Assembly: GCA_963719945.1 (NCBI GenBank)
Contig: CAVRDX010000001.1
Location: 480,001 to 544,000 of the forward strand
From: an uncultured Thermoplasmata archaeon
Lineage (GTDB): Archaea > Thermoplasmatota > Thermoplasmata > UBA10834
Reading direction: 5' to 3'
Length of the DNA stretch: 64,000 bases
Of the stretch, positions 38,514 to 48,510 are shown in pieces. The notes beneath the pieces were generated by a model that saw only the letters and a list, made by a program, of their open reading frames with translations, was not told the DNA's origin and did not search any database. Positions within the stretch are counted from its first letter, which is position 1; each line of letters opens with the position of its first letter. Position numbers and translations under genes: made by a program.

Positions 38514-39785
38514 ATGAGGTCTTACAAGGATATTGCTCTGTGGAAAGACGTCACACCCGAAGAATGGAATGATTGGAAGTGGCAACTGAGAAACAGGATC
38601 ACGAGCGTAGACCAACTGAAGCAAGTAATCAACCTCACGCCTGAGGAAGAGGCTGGTGTCCGTGATTCGCTTAGGATTCTGAGAATGGCAATCACGCCAT
38701 TCTACGCGACCCTCATGGACCCTAACGACCCCCATTGTCCGGTTAGGATGCAGGCGGTCCCGACAGCCAAGGAGATCGATTTCAGCGAGGATGACATGGA
38801 GGACCCTCTCTTCGAGGACATAGACTCACCAGTCCACGGATTGACTCACAGATATCCAGATAAGGTACTCTTCCTGATAACCGATCAATGCGGCATGTAC
38901 TGCAGGCACTGCACTCGGAGGAGGCTCGCAGGTCAGACGGACACTGAAAGGGATTCTAATACAATCGATGCCGTCATAAAATACATCGAAGAGCACGAAG
39001 AGATACGCGATGTGTTGCTTTCCGGCGGTGACCCACTCACCGTGTCCGACAAGGTCTTGGAAAACATCATATCACGGTTGCAGGCGATCGACCATGTCGA
39101 GATTGTTAGACTGGGAAGCAGGACACCATGCGTCCTGCCTCAGAGAATAACACCTGAGCTATGCGATATGCTGAAGAAGCATCACCCCATCTGGCTCAAC
39201 ACGCATTTCAACCACCCAAAGGAGATAACCCCTGAAGCGAAAGCTGCTGTCGAGAGACTTGCGGACGCAGGTATTCCCGTCGGAAACCAGAGCGTTCTTC
39301 TCAAGGGCATAAACGATTGTCCAACGATAATGAAGAAACTCGTCCACGAACTTGTGAAGATGAGGTGCAGGCCATACTACTATTACCAATGTGATATGTC
39401 CCGAGGAATCGAACACTTTAGGACCTCTGTCGCCAAGGGTGTGGAGATCCAGGAGGCCTTGAGAGGACACACATCAGGATATGCCGTCCCATTGTTCATT
39501 GTCGATGCTCCTGGAGGCGGAGGGAAGATCCCGCTCAGTCCGAATTACTTCGTGAGCATGTCCGACAAGCGCATAGTGCTCAGGAACTATGAGGGCGGTA
39601 CTTTCCAGTACCCAGAGCCAAAGGACCGTGTCAGCACATGTCCACCTACCTGCAAGATGTGCAAGGATTACAGCAACATTGAGAGCAAGGAAGGTGTCGC
39701 GGGTGTTCTATCTGGAAATAAATTCGCGCTGATACCAGAAGGGAACGCAAGGGCCGAGAGACGCAAGCATTACGACAAACACTGA
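38514..39785 (+). CDS. kamA: lysine 2,3-aminomutase (radical SAM, PLP)
   Basis: WNDWKWQ, HRYPD, CGMYCRHC, LLSGGDPL, YQCD and VDAPGGGGK (both Lys-binding Asp plus PLP Lys), C-terminal Zn Cys. Confidence 0.93.
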   Translation: MRSYKDIALWKDVTPEEWNDWKWQLRNRITSVDQLKQVINLTPEEEAGVRDSLRILRMAITPFYATLMDPNDPHCPVRMQAVPTAKEIDFSEDDMEDPLFEDIDSPVHGLTHRYPDKVLFLITDQCGMYCRHCTRRRLAGQTDTERDSNTIDAVIKYIEEHEEIRDVLLSGGDPLTVSDKVLENIISRLQAIDHVEIVRLGSRTPCVLPQRITPELCDMLKKHHPIWLNTHFNHPKEITPEAKAAVERLADAGIPVGNQSVLLKGINDCPTIMKKLVHELVKMRCRPYYYYQCDMSRGIEHFRTSVAKGVEIQEALRGHTSGYAVPLFIVDAPGGGGKIPLSPNYFVSMSDKRIVLRNYEGGTFQYPEPKDRVSTCPPTCKMCKDYSNIESKEGVAGVLSGNKFALIPEGNARAERRKHYDKH

Positions 39786-39882
39786 CGGCCTTATCAAACC
39801 CCTTAGGAAGCCATTTTGTTTAAATCCGAAACAATTAAGAATGAATATCATATCTTCGGATTCAAGCCTGCGAGGCGAGCCT

Positions 39883-41079
39883 ATGGACAGGAACATTCTA
39901 ATTGAGGAGTTGACGCACACTCCAATTGAACAACAGACTGTTGAATTCGTCGAAAGAAAAGGTATCGGCCATCCGGATAGCATTGCGGACGGGCTTGCCG
40001 AGAGTGTAAGCCGTGCACTGTCTCAGATGTATATCGAGAGATACGGAAGGATTCTCCACCACAATACTGACGAGACCCAGATCGTGGGTGGACAGTCTGC
40101 ACCGAAGTTCGGTGGCGGCTCGATCCTCGAGCCGATATACATACTCCTAGTAGGAAGGGCTACCACGAATGTCAATGGCGAGCGACTTCCGTACAGAACT
40201 GTCGCAATGAAGGCGGCATATTCCTACCTCGAGAAGACGTGCAAGAATCTCGACGTCGATTGGGACGTAGTCCTTGACTGCATGATCGGCCAGGGTAGCG
40301 TTGACTTGACGGGCCTCTACGAAACCCAGAGACTGTTGGCCAACGATACGTCGTTTGGTGTTGGATTTGCACCATTCAGCGAGACAGAGAAGATAACTCT
40401 CGAAACTGAGAGATACATTAACGGCAAGCTCTGGAAGAAGATGCCGGAGGTAGGCGAAGACGTTAAAGTCATGGCCTGCAGGAACGGCTCTAGCATCGAT
40501 CTTACAGTTGCGGCAGCGATGGTATCCTCCAAAATTCCAGACAAGAGCCACTACAAGAGCGTCGTAGAGGAACTCCGGGAGAATATCGCTGATTTTGCAT
40601 CAAAGTACACTAAGCGGAACCTCAGAGTGTTTGTCAACACGGCGGATGACTACAAGAAGAACATCTATTACCTGACAGTATCCGGCCTTTCGATGGAGAA
40701 CGGCGACGATGGATCTGTTGGCAGGGGAAATCGAGCTAACGGCCTCATCACGCCGATGAGGCCCATGAGCATGGAGGCATCAGCCGGCAAGAACCCTGTC
40801 ACACATGTCGGTAAGTTGTACAACCTGCTCTCGATCAGGGTTGCCGATGAGATCTACAAGATGGGCAAGGGTGACATACTGGAAGTTCACACGAGGATAC
40901 TGTCACAGATTGGAAAGCCCATCGATTATCCACAAGCGGCGAGTGCCAACATGATATTCGCGCCCAATGTGGACAAGAAGAAATATCAGAAGGAAGCAAC
41001 CGCAATCTTCGACGAGAAGCTCGCGACAATAAACAAACTGACTGACGAGATCGTCGCTGGTAAGTTGACAGTATTCTGA
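39883..41079 (+). CDS. mat: S-adenosylmethionine synthetase (archaeal type)
   Basis: [49 protein letters not shown]. Confidence 0.96.
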   Translation: MDRNILIEELTHTPIEQQTVEFVERKGIGHPDSIADGLAESVSRALSQMYIERYGRILHHNTDETQIVGGQSAPKFGGGSILEPIYILLVGRATTNVNGERLPYRTVAMKAAYSYLEKTCKNLDVDWDVVLDCMIGQGSVDLTGLYETQRLLANDTSFGVGFAPFSETEKITLETERYINGKLWKKMPEVGEDVKVMACRNGSSIDLTVAAAMVSSKIPDKSHYKSVVEELRENIADFASKYTKRNLRVFVNTADDYKKNIYYLTVSGLSMENGDDGSVGRGNRANGLITPMRPMSMEASAGKNPVTHVGKLYNLLSIRVADEIYKMGKGDILEVHTRILSQIGKPIDYPQAASANMIFAPNVDKKKYQKEATAIFDEKLATINKLTDEIVAGKLTVF

Positions 41080-41118
41080 GAAAACCTATAAACCCTGGAC
41101 ATGGGTCCTTTACAGGAC

Positions 41119-44100
41119 CTATGACCCTAGTTCTATTCTTTTGATCTCCTCTTCTCTATCTCTGAGGATCTTGGCCAGCTGCTCGAGCTCATCTTGGATG
41201 GATTGAAGCCTGCTCCATTCCTCCTCGAGCCTCTGTTCATCTTTTCGGATCGTCTCCTCGCGGTCTGAAATCTTCAGGTAGAGTCCGTCCAGTTCCTCTT
41301 TGCGGCGCTCGAGTTCCTCGAAAGTCTTCTCATCGACCGATGTAAGACCCTGCTTAGAGGCATCGACCTTCTCCCACAAGTCCTGGATTTCGGCTCGTTC
41401 ACGCTCAAGCCGTTCTAGCTCGATTATGAGGGTCTTCTCGCGGCTCTCAGTATCGCGTTCCTTAGCCTTGATCGATTCGTCCATGCGGCGCAATTCTAGT
41501 TCGCGCCTAAGGAGGGCATCCTCGTCTGGGGTGACAGGTTTCGGCTTAGATACGGCCATCTCCTTCGATATCTCAGCGACGCGTTCGCGCACTTCCTCCT
41601 CCAGCTTCTCCCTACGCTCCAATAGCTCCTCGCGCCACTTCTCGAGCTCAATACGGAGCTGGTCCAGCCCTGCATCCTTCTGTGCTATGGTGGATCGTTC
41701 TCTATCCAGCTCTATCTGGAGAAGCTCGAACTCATCTATTCCACGCTCTAATTCGACCACGCGCTTATCCAACGACTCCTCTTTGGCCCTAAGCGCCTCC
41801 TTCTCCTTTGAGATCTCATCAAGCACGGTCCTGTAATCGGATATTGATTGGTCAACACCTTGCTCTCGCATGTTCAGAGCAGTCTCCCGTGATGTCTGTT
41901 TCTCAAGGTGTGACTGTAATTCTGACTCTCTACGGACAAATTCGTCTTCTTGTGATGACAATCTGCTCTCGCGTTCCAGCAGGGCCGCCTCTTTCCCAGC
42001 GAGTACCGCTTCGACTTCCCCGGAGGCGCTCATCGCATTATCTATCTCAGCCTTCTGCTGTTCCAGCTCATTTCTGAGGCGTTCCAGCTCTTCTCTTTCT
42101 TGAGATGCAGCGATAGATTCGTCCTGGGATATGCGCTTCATCTCCGACTCCATCAACGCCAATGCAGTTTCTCGGGCCTCTAGCTCACTCATCTTCTTTC
42201 CAAACTCAGCTTCACTTGAGGATACGTGAGTGACCCGTTCTTGATGCTCCGCCTCAAAAGCAGATATCCGTTCGGATAGGCTCTTCTCAGCATCTGACAA
42301 TTCGGCCCTGAATGCTTCGAGCTCCTGTTCCTTGGTCTCCATCAGAGCTGATCTCTCCCGCAGCTCATCCTCTTTTGTTGAGATGTTGGCATTCAATTCT
42401 CTAAGGCCTGCATCCTTCTCTTCGAGCTCCCGTCTATGCGCTTCGATCTCTGCCTTGGATGCTGTTATGTCAGATTCCAATTTTGCAGCTGCAACCTCAT
42501 ACGATTCGCGATCGGCTGCGAGTGATTCGATGCTCTTATCCAATTGATCTCTATCGGAGTTGAATGATGAAACCTGATGCTCGAATTGACTCATCTTTTC
42601 AGCGAGGGTCGCTCTATCCGCGTTCAGGAGCGACATAGCCTCGTCAAGTGATACTCTCCTTCGCTCGATATCCTGCTCAAGAGAAGATAGCTCCTCCCGC
42701 TTGGATGCGCTCTGAGATTGAGTATCTGAGAGCTCGCCTCGGATCGTCTCAATCTCCCTCCGCTGTGATTCGATCTCCGACAACTGACTCTCCAGGTCAT
42801 TCTTGCCAGCCTTCAGCGACTCATCCTTCTCTGCAAGCCCCTGTTCCATGGATTCGAGGTCAGACCTGAGATTCTCGAGTTCGGCATTCTTGGTCTCAAC
42901 ATCCTTCTCTCTCTGCTCAAGTTCAATTGACCTCTGATCAAGTGTCTCAGCATGTTCGGTATGAGCTTTCCTGTGAGATTCGATCTCCACTCTTGATGAT
43001 TCGATCTCCGCCTGCATCCTCGCTAAATCATCAGATGCGCGGGCCCGTTCCTCCTCGAACAATTTCCGCTCTGCCTCGGTCGAACTGCGGATTTCATCGA
43101 GGTCGCTCTGGGCTCTATCAAACTCACGCTGGCGATCCTCGATTGCTCGTTCCTGTTCGGCCAGACGCTGCTCACGTCCACTGACTTCCTTTTCGAGTTC
43201 CCCCATCTCGCTTTTGACTGTCTCGAGAGCCGCCTCTGTCTGCGTCATCCGCACATCTCGTTCTTCCAATGAAGCCAGTTTGGCCGAGTACTCCGAACGC
43301 ATCTGTGCCAGGGCATCTTCCGATTCGCGCTTCGTTGCCTCCAATGACGCTTTTGTGGATTCGAATTCGTGATCTCTCGTCTTGAGATCTCTTTCCTTTG
43401 CACTGAGGCCGGATGCTATCTCATCCAATTCAATCTTCCAAGTCTCGAGCTCTGACTGCATGGATGATATCTCCATGGACTTCGCATCCAACTCATCCTT
43501 CGTCTTGTTGAATTCAGTCATCTTCTCGTCGACTTCGATACTCTTCTTCTCCAGTTCCGACAGCTCGACCTCATTCTTCACCAGTTGATCCTTCAGAACT
43601 CTTTCTCGCTCATCTAGTGTGCTTCGAGTCTGTTGTAGCATCTCGGCTGTCGATTTCAGATTATCTTGTTTTACTGCAAGTTCCCGCTCCATATCCTCGT
43701 AGCTCTCAGAGCGCTTGTTATGCTCACGCCTAATAAGGTCCAGTTCGACGCGCTCCTCCGCCATCTTGAGTTCTTGCGCGGCGATATCACTGGACCTCTG
43801 ATCCAGTATATTCTTCATCTCATCGACGGAGTAGCTCTTCTCTTCAATCTCCTTTCGCTCCTCCTCGATCTTTGCAAGCTTATCCTCATATGATGATTGC
43901 AGTTCGGAAATCCTCCTCTGCGTATCCGCGCTGGAGTTATCGAACGCGATCTTATCTTGCTCCAAGGAATTGCGGTCGAGAGTCAGTTTCTCCCTTGTAT
44001 CCTCGACTTCCTTGGCGAAAGAATTCTTCTCGTCCACGATTATATTCCGCTCTTCTTCGAGAGAATTCCGTTCTGCTTCGATTTTTGAACTCAGACCCTT

Positions 44101-45978
44101 GAGATCAATTTCACGCTTGGCGATCTCGGACATCTGTTCTGATAAGTTCGCATCTCTCTCCTTCAATCTGGATTCGAATTCCGATAGAGCGTCCTTCCTT
44201 GATGCGTACTCGCTTGAGAAGCGGTCTTCATCTGAGCGCAGCTTTTCCTCTCTTGTCTGCATCTCTGAAAGCTTCGAATTTGCCTCAGATTTCAACTGGT
44301 CGACCTCTTCAAGCAGTCTCTTCCGTTCATCATCCAGAGCAGACTGCCTCCGCTCACATGTCTCTTCCAACGATGCAGCGGTCTCCATCCGCTGTCGGCC
44401 CTCCTCCTCAACGGATGCAAGCTCCCTCTCCCGCTCGGCTATCTCCTCGAGCTTGCTAGTGACCTTTGCCTCTCGATCAGTCAGATTCTGTTCCTGAGAG
44501 ACGAGTCGGGCCCTGAGCGCATCGATCTCATGTGTCAAATGCGATACGGATTCTTCTCGCTGGGATACCTCGGATATGGAACGATCTATTGCCGAGCGTC
44601 TCTCGGAGAGTTCGTCCTCCTGGACCGTCCTTATTCGATCCAGTTCCTTCCTCTCGGAGTCAATTGACGCCCTCTCCTTCTCAAGCTCTACTTTGGACAG
44701 AGCGAATGTGTGCTCCTTCGCCTCCAATCCCGTTTCCCTTGAGCGAAGTTCTGCAGATAGGCTCTCCAGGGCGTTCTCCTTCTCCTGATGAATCCTCATC
44801 CGCTCGTCAAGAGACCGTCGGTCTGATTCAATTCTGGCCGTCAGGTCGACAAGGCGGCTCCGCTCACCTTCGAGACGCTTGGATTCGCCCTGTATCTCCA
44901 TCATCTTCTGTTCGGTCTTGAGGCTGACTATCTTGTCCAGCTGAAGATATCTTGCCTCTATCTCCTTCTCGACAGATTCAAGGTTGGCCTTCTTCGCATC
45001 CAACGCATGCATCTCTTTTTCCAGCTTGGCCTTCACCTTGGATGTCAACTGGGCTTCGTCACGAGTGAGTCTCACTCGGAAATCCTCGAGTTCTTTTCTC
45101 GTCTGGCGCACCTTGACGAGAGTCTGTCGAACTTCTTCACGTTCCTTTTCCAATGAGGCCCGTTCCGAAATTAGCTTCTGACCATCCTCATTTAATTTTC
45201 GTTCTTTTGAAAGGAGCTTCTCACGAGTTTCCTCCAGATTCTCCGCCTCTATCATCATCTCGTCTTGGCGGAGTTCTGCCAGAAGCTTGGCCTCGACATC
45301 TACCCTTATGGGCATTTGTTGCGAATCATCTGGAGAATATACTTCGAGTTCGCGCTGGATGGCCCCGAGCTTGGATGACTCCAATGTGGAAGACTTGAGT
45401 GATACTATGCAGACCGCTTTCTGCAATGCCACCAAGTCCCTTATGCTCTGAAGCAGCCTCATGACGCTTACAAATTTATTGTTCGTGATCAGGTACTCGA
45501 GAGAATCTATCAGGACCAGCCGTCCTCCACCCTCTTCCAAGAACCTCTTGATCGTCAAATTAAGCCGTTCGAGGTCCTTTGGACCTATGGCGTCCTCGCT
45601 CATCGCATTTGTGAGCCAGAATACTGGCACGTCCTTGAGATTGAAAGCCTTCTTGAGATTCTTCGGGTAGGTCCTGGAGACAATCATGCCCCTTTTGCCA
45701 TCTGCAAGGAATGATAGGAACAGGGAGTATGCGATTTCTGGCCGCTCTTCCTCCACGAGATAGGTCACAGAAGGCTCCAGCTGCCTGAGCTTATGAATAT
45801 CAGCCTTGGCCTCGTCAGCTCGGGGAATCTCATTTGGCTCTTCAGGGACGGTAACTCGCTCAGCCTGGGATAAAGGCTCGACCGCCTGGTCGGATATAGG
45901 TTCCTCGACCTTTGCACTGCTCTCTCTCGCCTTATCTCTCAAACCCATGGTGCCGGGCTCCATGTGTATGACGTTCAT
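41119..45978 (-). CDS. DUF835 (inactive KaiC-like) domain followed by a ~1,400-aa coiled coil
   Basis: YLVEEERP..FWLT..LIDSLEYLITNNKF N-terminal domain, then near-continuous E/K/R/L heptads. Confidence 0.82.
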   Translation of the reverse strand: MNVIHMEPGTMGLRDKARESSAKVEEPISDQAVEPLSQAERVTVPEEPNEIPRADEAKADIHKLRQLEPSVTYLVEEERPEIAYSLFLSFLADGKRGMIVSRTYPKNLKKAFNLKDVPVFWLTNAMSEDAIGPKDLERLNLTIKRFLEEGGGRLVLIDSLEYLITNNKFVSVMRLLQSIRDLVALQKAVCIVSLKSSTLESSKLGAIQRELEVYSPDDSQQMPIRVDVEAKLLAELRQDEMMIEAENLEETREKLLSKERKLNEDGQKLISERASLEKEREEVRQTLVKVRQTRKELEDFRVRLTRDEAQLTSKVKAKLEKEMHALDAKKANLESVEKEIEARYLQLDKIVSLKTEQKMMEIQGESKRLEGERSRLVDLTARIESDRRSLDERMRIHQEKENALESLSAELRSRETGLEAKEHTFALSKVELEKERASIDSERKELDRIRTVQEDELSERRSAIDRSISEVSQREESVSHLTHEIDALRARLVSQEQNLTDREAKVTSKLEEIAERERELASVEEEGRQRMETAASLEETCERRQSALDDERKRLLEEVDQLKSEANSKLSEMQTREEKLRSDEDRFSSEYASRKDALSEFESRLKERDANLSEQMSEIAKREIDLKGLSSKIEAERNSLEEERNIIVDEKNSFAKEVEDTREKLTLDRNSLEQDKIAFDNSSADTQRRISELQSSYEDKLAKIEEERKEIEEKSYSVDEMKNILDQRSSDIAAQELKMAEERVELDLIRREHNKRSESYEDMERELAVKQDNLKSTAEMLQQTRSTLDERERVLKDQLVKNEVELSELEKKSIEVDEKMTEFNKTKDELDAKSMEISSMQSELETWKIELDEIASGLSAKERDLKTRDHEFESTKASLEATKRESEDALAQMRSEYSAKLASLEERDVRMTQTEAALETVKSEMGELEKEVSGREQRLAEQERAIEDRQREFDRAQSDLDEIRSSTEAERKLFEEERARASDDLARMQAEIESSRVEIESHRKAHTEHAETLDQRSIELEQREKDVETKNAELENLRSDLESMEQGLAEKDESLKAGKNDLESQLSEIESQRREIETIRGELSDTQSQSASKREELSSLEQDIERRRVSLDEAMSLLNADRATLAEKMSQFEHQVSSFNSDRDQLDKSIESLAADRESYEVAAAKLESDITASKAEIEAHRRELEEKDAGLRELNANISTKEDELRERSALMETKEQELEAFRAELSDAEKSLSERISAFEAEHQERVTHVSSSEAEFGKKMSELEARETALALMESEMKRISQDESIAASQEREELERLRNELEQQKAEIDNAMSASGEVEAVLAGKEAALLERESRLSSQEDEFVRRESELQSHLEKQTSRETALNMREQGVDQSISDYRTVLDEISKEKEALRAKEESLDKRVVELERGIDEFELLQIELDRERSTIAQKDAGLDQLRIELEKWREELLERREKLEEEVRERVAEISKEMAVSKPKPVTPDEDALLRRELELRRMDESIKAKERDTESREKTLIIELERLERERAEIQDLWEKVDASKQGLTSVDEKTFEELERRKEELDGLYLKISDREETIRKDEQRLEEEWSRLQSIQDELEQLAKILRDREEEIKRIELGS

Positions 45979-46047
45979 CTCCGGGGGGAGGCTAACGCCA
46001 AAGAGTCTTGCTCTCGTAATATAGCGTAATATACATTAAATCATGGT

Positions 46048-47244
46048 TCAAATTTTCATGCGGTCAAGTACGCGTTCGTAAAGTGTGAAATCCTCAGATT
46101 TCGAGAATTTATCTATTACTTCGCTCGGCAGCTGCCCCAGCAGGTTGTCCAAAACCTTGAGGAGACGACGGACCTCCTCATCAGCCCCTGAGATATCTGA
46201 GAGCCTACCCTCCATCTCCTTCTTATCATTCAATATCGCACTTATGTGGTTGGACGCATCTTGAATCACAGCCGAAATATCATTTGCCCCTTCCATATCA
46301 ACAGCCATATCGATCATCTGACACAAGCCCGAGATTGCACGAACGAGATCTTCTCGATCATCTGTCGTCATGACACTGACTGCGGGCGCATCCGAAGCAG
46401 GTTCTGTGTTCCCTCCTTCACGCAGTTCAGCTTCGCGAGCCTCTAGCTGTTTCATCTTCGAGGCATATGCTTTGATCTTCCTATCGACCATCTCCTCTCG
46501 CTTTGCAATCTGCATCTCCCTCTCAGAGCGGTCAGCCACAGGATCCCCGCATGATTCATTGACCATGGATTCCAAGAGCGGTCGCATATCGCGTCCTTCC
46601 AACATCGAGGCTATCGCCGGTAATTGTATGATACGGTCAACATCGATGGACAACCCATGTATCCTCCGCTCCAGAGCCGATATGTCTGCAAAGTCTTTCG
46701 AGAGTGCAGATAATGCCCCCTCGAAGTCGTCTGGCCCAATCGGAGGGGATCCATCGCCGGATGAAGTGAATGCAGAGATATTGACACGTACCTGATCGAT
46801 CCTGTTCCTCATCCTAGAGAGCGTCGCCTCACGTTCGGATATGAATGCCTCAAGCGCCTCGCCGAGATCACCAATAGAAGATGCTACTTCTTCAGAGATG
46901 CTAGTCGTCTCATTCGGCGCCTCTGCAGACATCTTGGATATTTCATCCTCCTCGCCAGTCTCACTCACTGGCCTCTTGCCCCAATCCATGAGCTTGGCCA
47001 GGAGCTTGTCATCCTCCGCTGGGTCTTTTGGCTTGACTGATTTGACAATGAATCTCATCGAGCATTTGGTGCATTGCGCAGTGCCGAGTTCCATGACAGT
47101 TTTGCAGCGCGGGCAATTGAACGCCTTGACTTCGCTGTCCAGCTCGGAATAGCATGACTGACATCTATCGCTGTTCTGGTCGACCACCGCGCCGCAGCTC
47201 ATGCAGTATGCTTCACCAGCCTTCGTTATTCCCTTTGAAACCAA
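46048..47244 (-). CDS. double zinc-ribbon plus coiled-coil protein
   Basis: CMSCG/CQSC and CPRCK/CTKC ribbons; helical body; directly upstream of and co-oriented with the giant coiled coil. Confidence 0.72.
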   Translation of the reverse strand: MVSKGITKAGEAYCMSCGAVVDQNSDRCQSCYSELDSEVKAFNCPRCKTVMELGTAQCTKCSMRFIVKSVKPKDPAEDDKLLAKLMDWGKRPVSETGEEDEISKMSAEAPNETTSISEEVASSIGDLGEALEAFISEREATLSRMRNRIDQVRVNISAFTSSGDGSPPIGPDDFEGALSALSKDFADISALERRIHGLSIDVDRIIQLPAIASMLEGRDMRPLLESMVNESCGDPVADRSEREMQIAKREEMVDRKIKAYASKMKQLEAREAELREGGNTEPASDAPAVSVMTTDDREDLVRAISGLCQMIDMAVDMEGANDISAVIQDASNHISAILNDKKEMEGRLSDISGADEEVRRLLKVLDNLLGQLPSEVIDKFSKSEDFTLYERVLDRMKI

Positions 47245-47327
47245 CTCAATCTCTCCTCTTCGGACCGGGGGGGTTCGCAGGTTGGTCCTTTTCCTCTGAA
47301 CACAGATAGCCGCAAGTGCCTTTAGGC

Positions 47328-47879
47328 TTATTGGTATCGATCGTACATCACGAGATCTTCGATATTCTTACGCGGAACGCGTACTGGAACCTCGTCAGGA
47401 TATCCGAGAGGGGTCATCGCAATCACCTTGACGTCCTCAGGTATCGACAACGCCTCACGCACCTTATCCTCCTTGAACCAGGCGATCCAGCAAGTGCCAA
47501 GACCCGTTGCATGGGCCATCAGCGTCAAGTGATCCATGGCGATAGATGCATCAATCACATGACTGCTCATATATCCACCAACTGTCTGGAACGCCTCGTC
47601 TGGAATCCCACAGATCACGAGGACAACCGGCGCCTGAGCGATGAACTTCTGGCCATTTGCTGCTGCCACCAGCTTGAGCTTAGTATCCTCATCCCTAACC
47701 ACCAGGATTCTCCAGGGTTGAGCATTGTTTGCGGATGGCGCATACCTCGCAGCGATCAGGACCTCTCGGAGTAAATCGTCAGGTACTGGCATCGCTTTGT
47801 ATCGTCTGATACTGCGTCTTCCCTTGATGGCATCCATCAAGTCCATGGGGTCCCTGGCATCAGTAAGGATTACTGCCAA
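47328..47879 (-). CDS. nitroreductase family protein
   Basis: RRSIRRY, APSANNAQPW, GLGTCW, LGYP. Confidence 0.92.
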   Translation of the reverse strand: MAVILTDARDPMDLMDAIKGRRSIRRYKAMPVPDDLLREVLIAARYAPSANNAQPWRILVVRDEDTKLKLVAAANGQKFIAQAPVVLVICGIPDEAFQTVGGYMSSHVIDASIAMDHLTLMAHATGLGTCWIAWFKEDKVREALSIPEDVKVIAMTPLGYPDEVPVRVPRKNIEDLVMYDRYQ

Positions 47880-47967
47880 TAATAATCTTTACTCATTAGC
47901 CACGGCTGTTCATGGAGCATCGAATCAGTGCGCATCTACAGAGACAGATATGATTCTGCAGCTATGA

Positions 47968-48366
47968 TCACTTCTCAATCAGCTTGATCAGCGTAGCTGT
48001 CCTCAGGACTCCTGGAAATGCTCTCAGTTCGTCGACTCTTTTGTTCAGTTCGTCCAGGCTATCCGCCCTCAAACGCACCGCGACGTCGAACTCGCCTGAA
48101 CATTCGAACACGCTTTCAGACAGCTCAGTCGCTTTCGCCTTGACCGCTGGAGTCCTACCGACATGCGTGTCGATCAGCACGATCCCCTCGAATCCGACTG
48201 GGGTTGTCTCTATCGTGAACTTGCGAATGACTCCCTCGCGAACGAGCTTCTCTATCCTGGCACGGACCGCTCTTTCAGTCAGATTGACCCTGCGGGCGAT
48301 CTCCGTATTCTTCATCCTTGAGTTGTCCCTCAGGAGGTTAAGGATCTTTACGTCGGTATCGTCCAT
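47968..48366 (-). CDS. Lrp/AsnC family transcriptional regulator (LysM-like)
   Basis: DDTDVKILNLL..NSR....EIA..VNLTE.AVRARI..L...GVI HTH plus RAM domain (SGEFDVAV). Confidence 0.9.
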   Translation of the reverse strand: MDDTDVKILNLLRDNSRMKNTEIARRVNLTERAVRARIEKLVREGVIRKFTIETTPVGFEGIVLIDTHVGRTPAVKAKATELSESVFECSGEFDVAVRLRADSLDELNKRVDELRAFPGVLRTATLIKLIEK

Positions 48367-48510
48367 GAATCCGGGTATACGTCGTTCCTATTTTCGTACC
48401 TTTCGATGAAAAACATGCAAAAACGTCGTTTATGCCGGGTTCGCACCCCGGCAGACGCCCCCTAGAGTACACATATGATCCCTAGGGGTGTGTCTTGAAT
48501 AGGGTTTACT

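Noticed and set aside
38514-39785. Glutamate 2,3-aminomutase, EF-P EpmB or the osmolyte ablAB operon
   Set aside because: Lys-specific Asp residues and the long Zn-binding C-terminus are present; archaea use aIF5A rather than EF-P; no ablB acetyltransferase is adjacent, though it cannot be excluded elsewhere
41119-45978. SMC/Rad50 chromosome segregation ATPase
   Set aside because: No Walker A/B, signature motif, hinge or zinc hook
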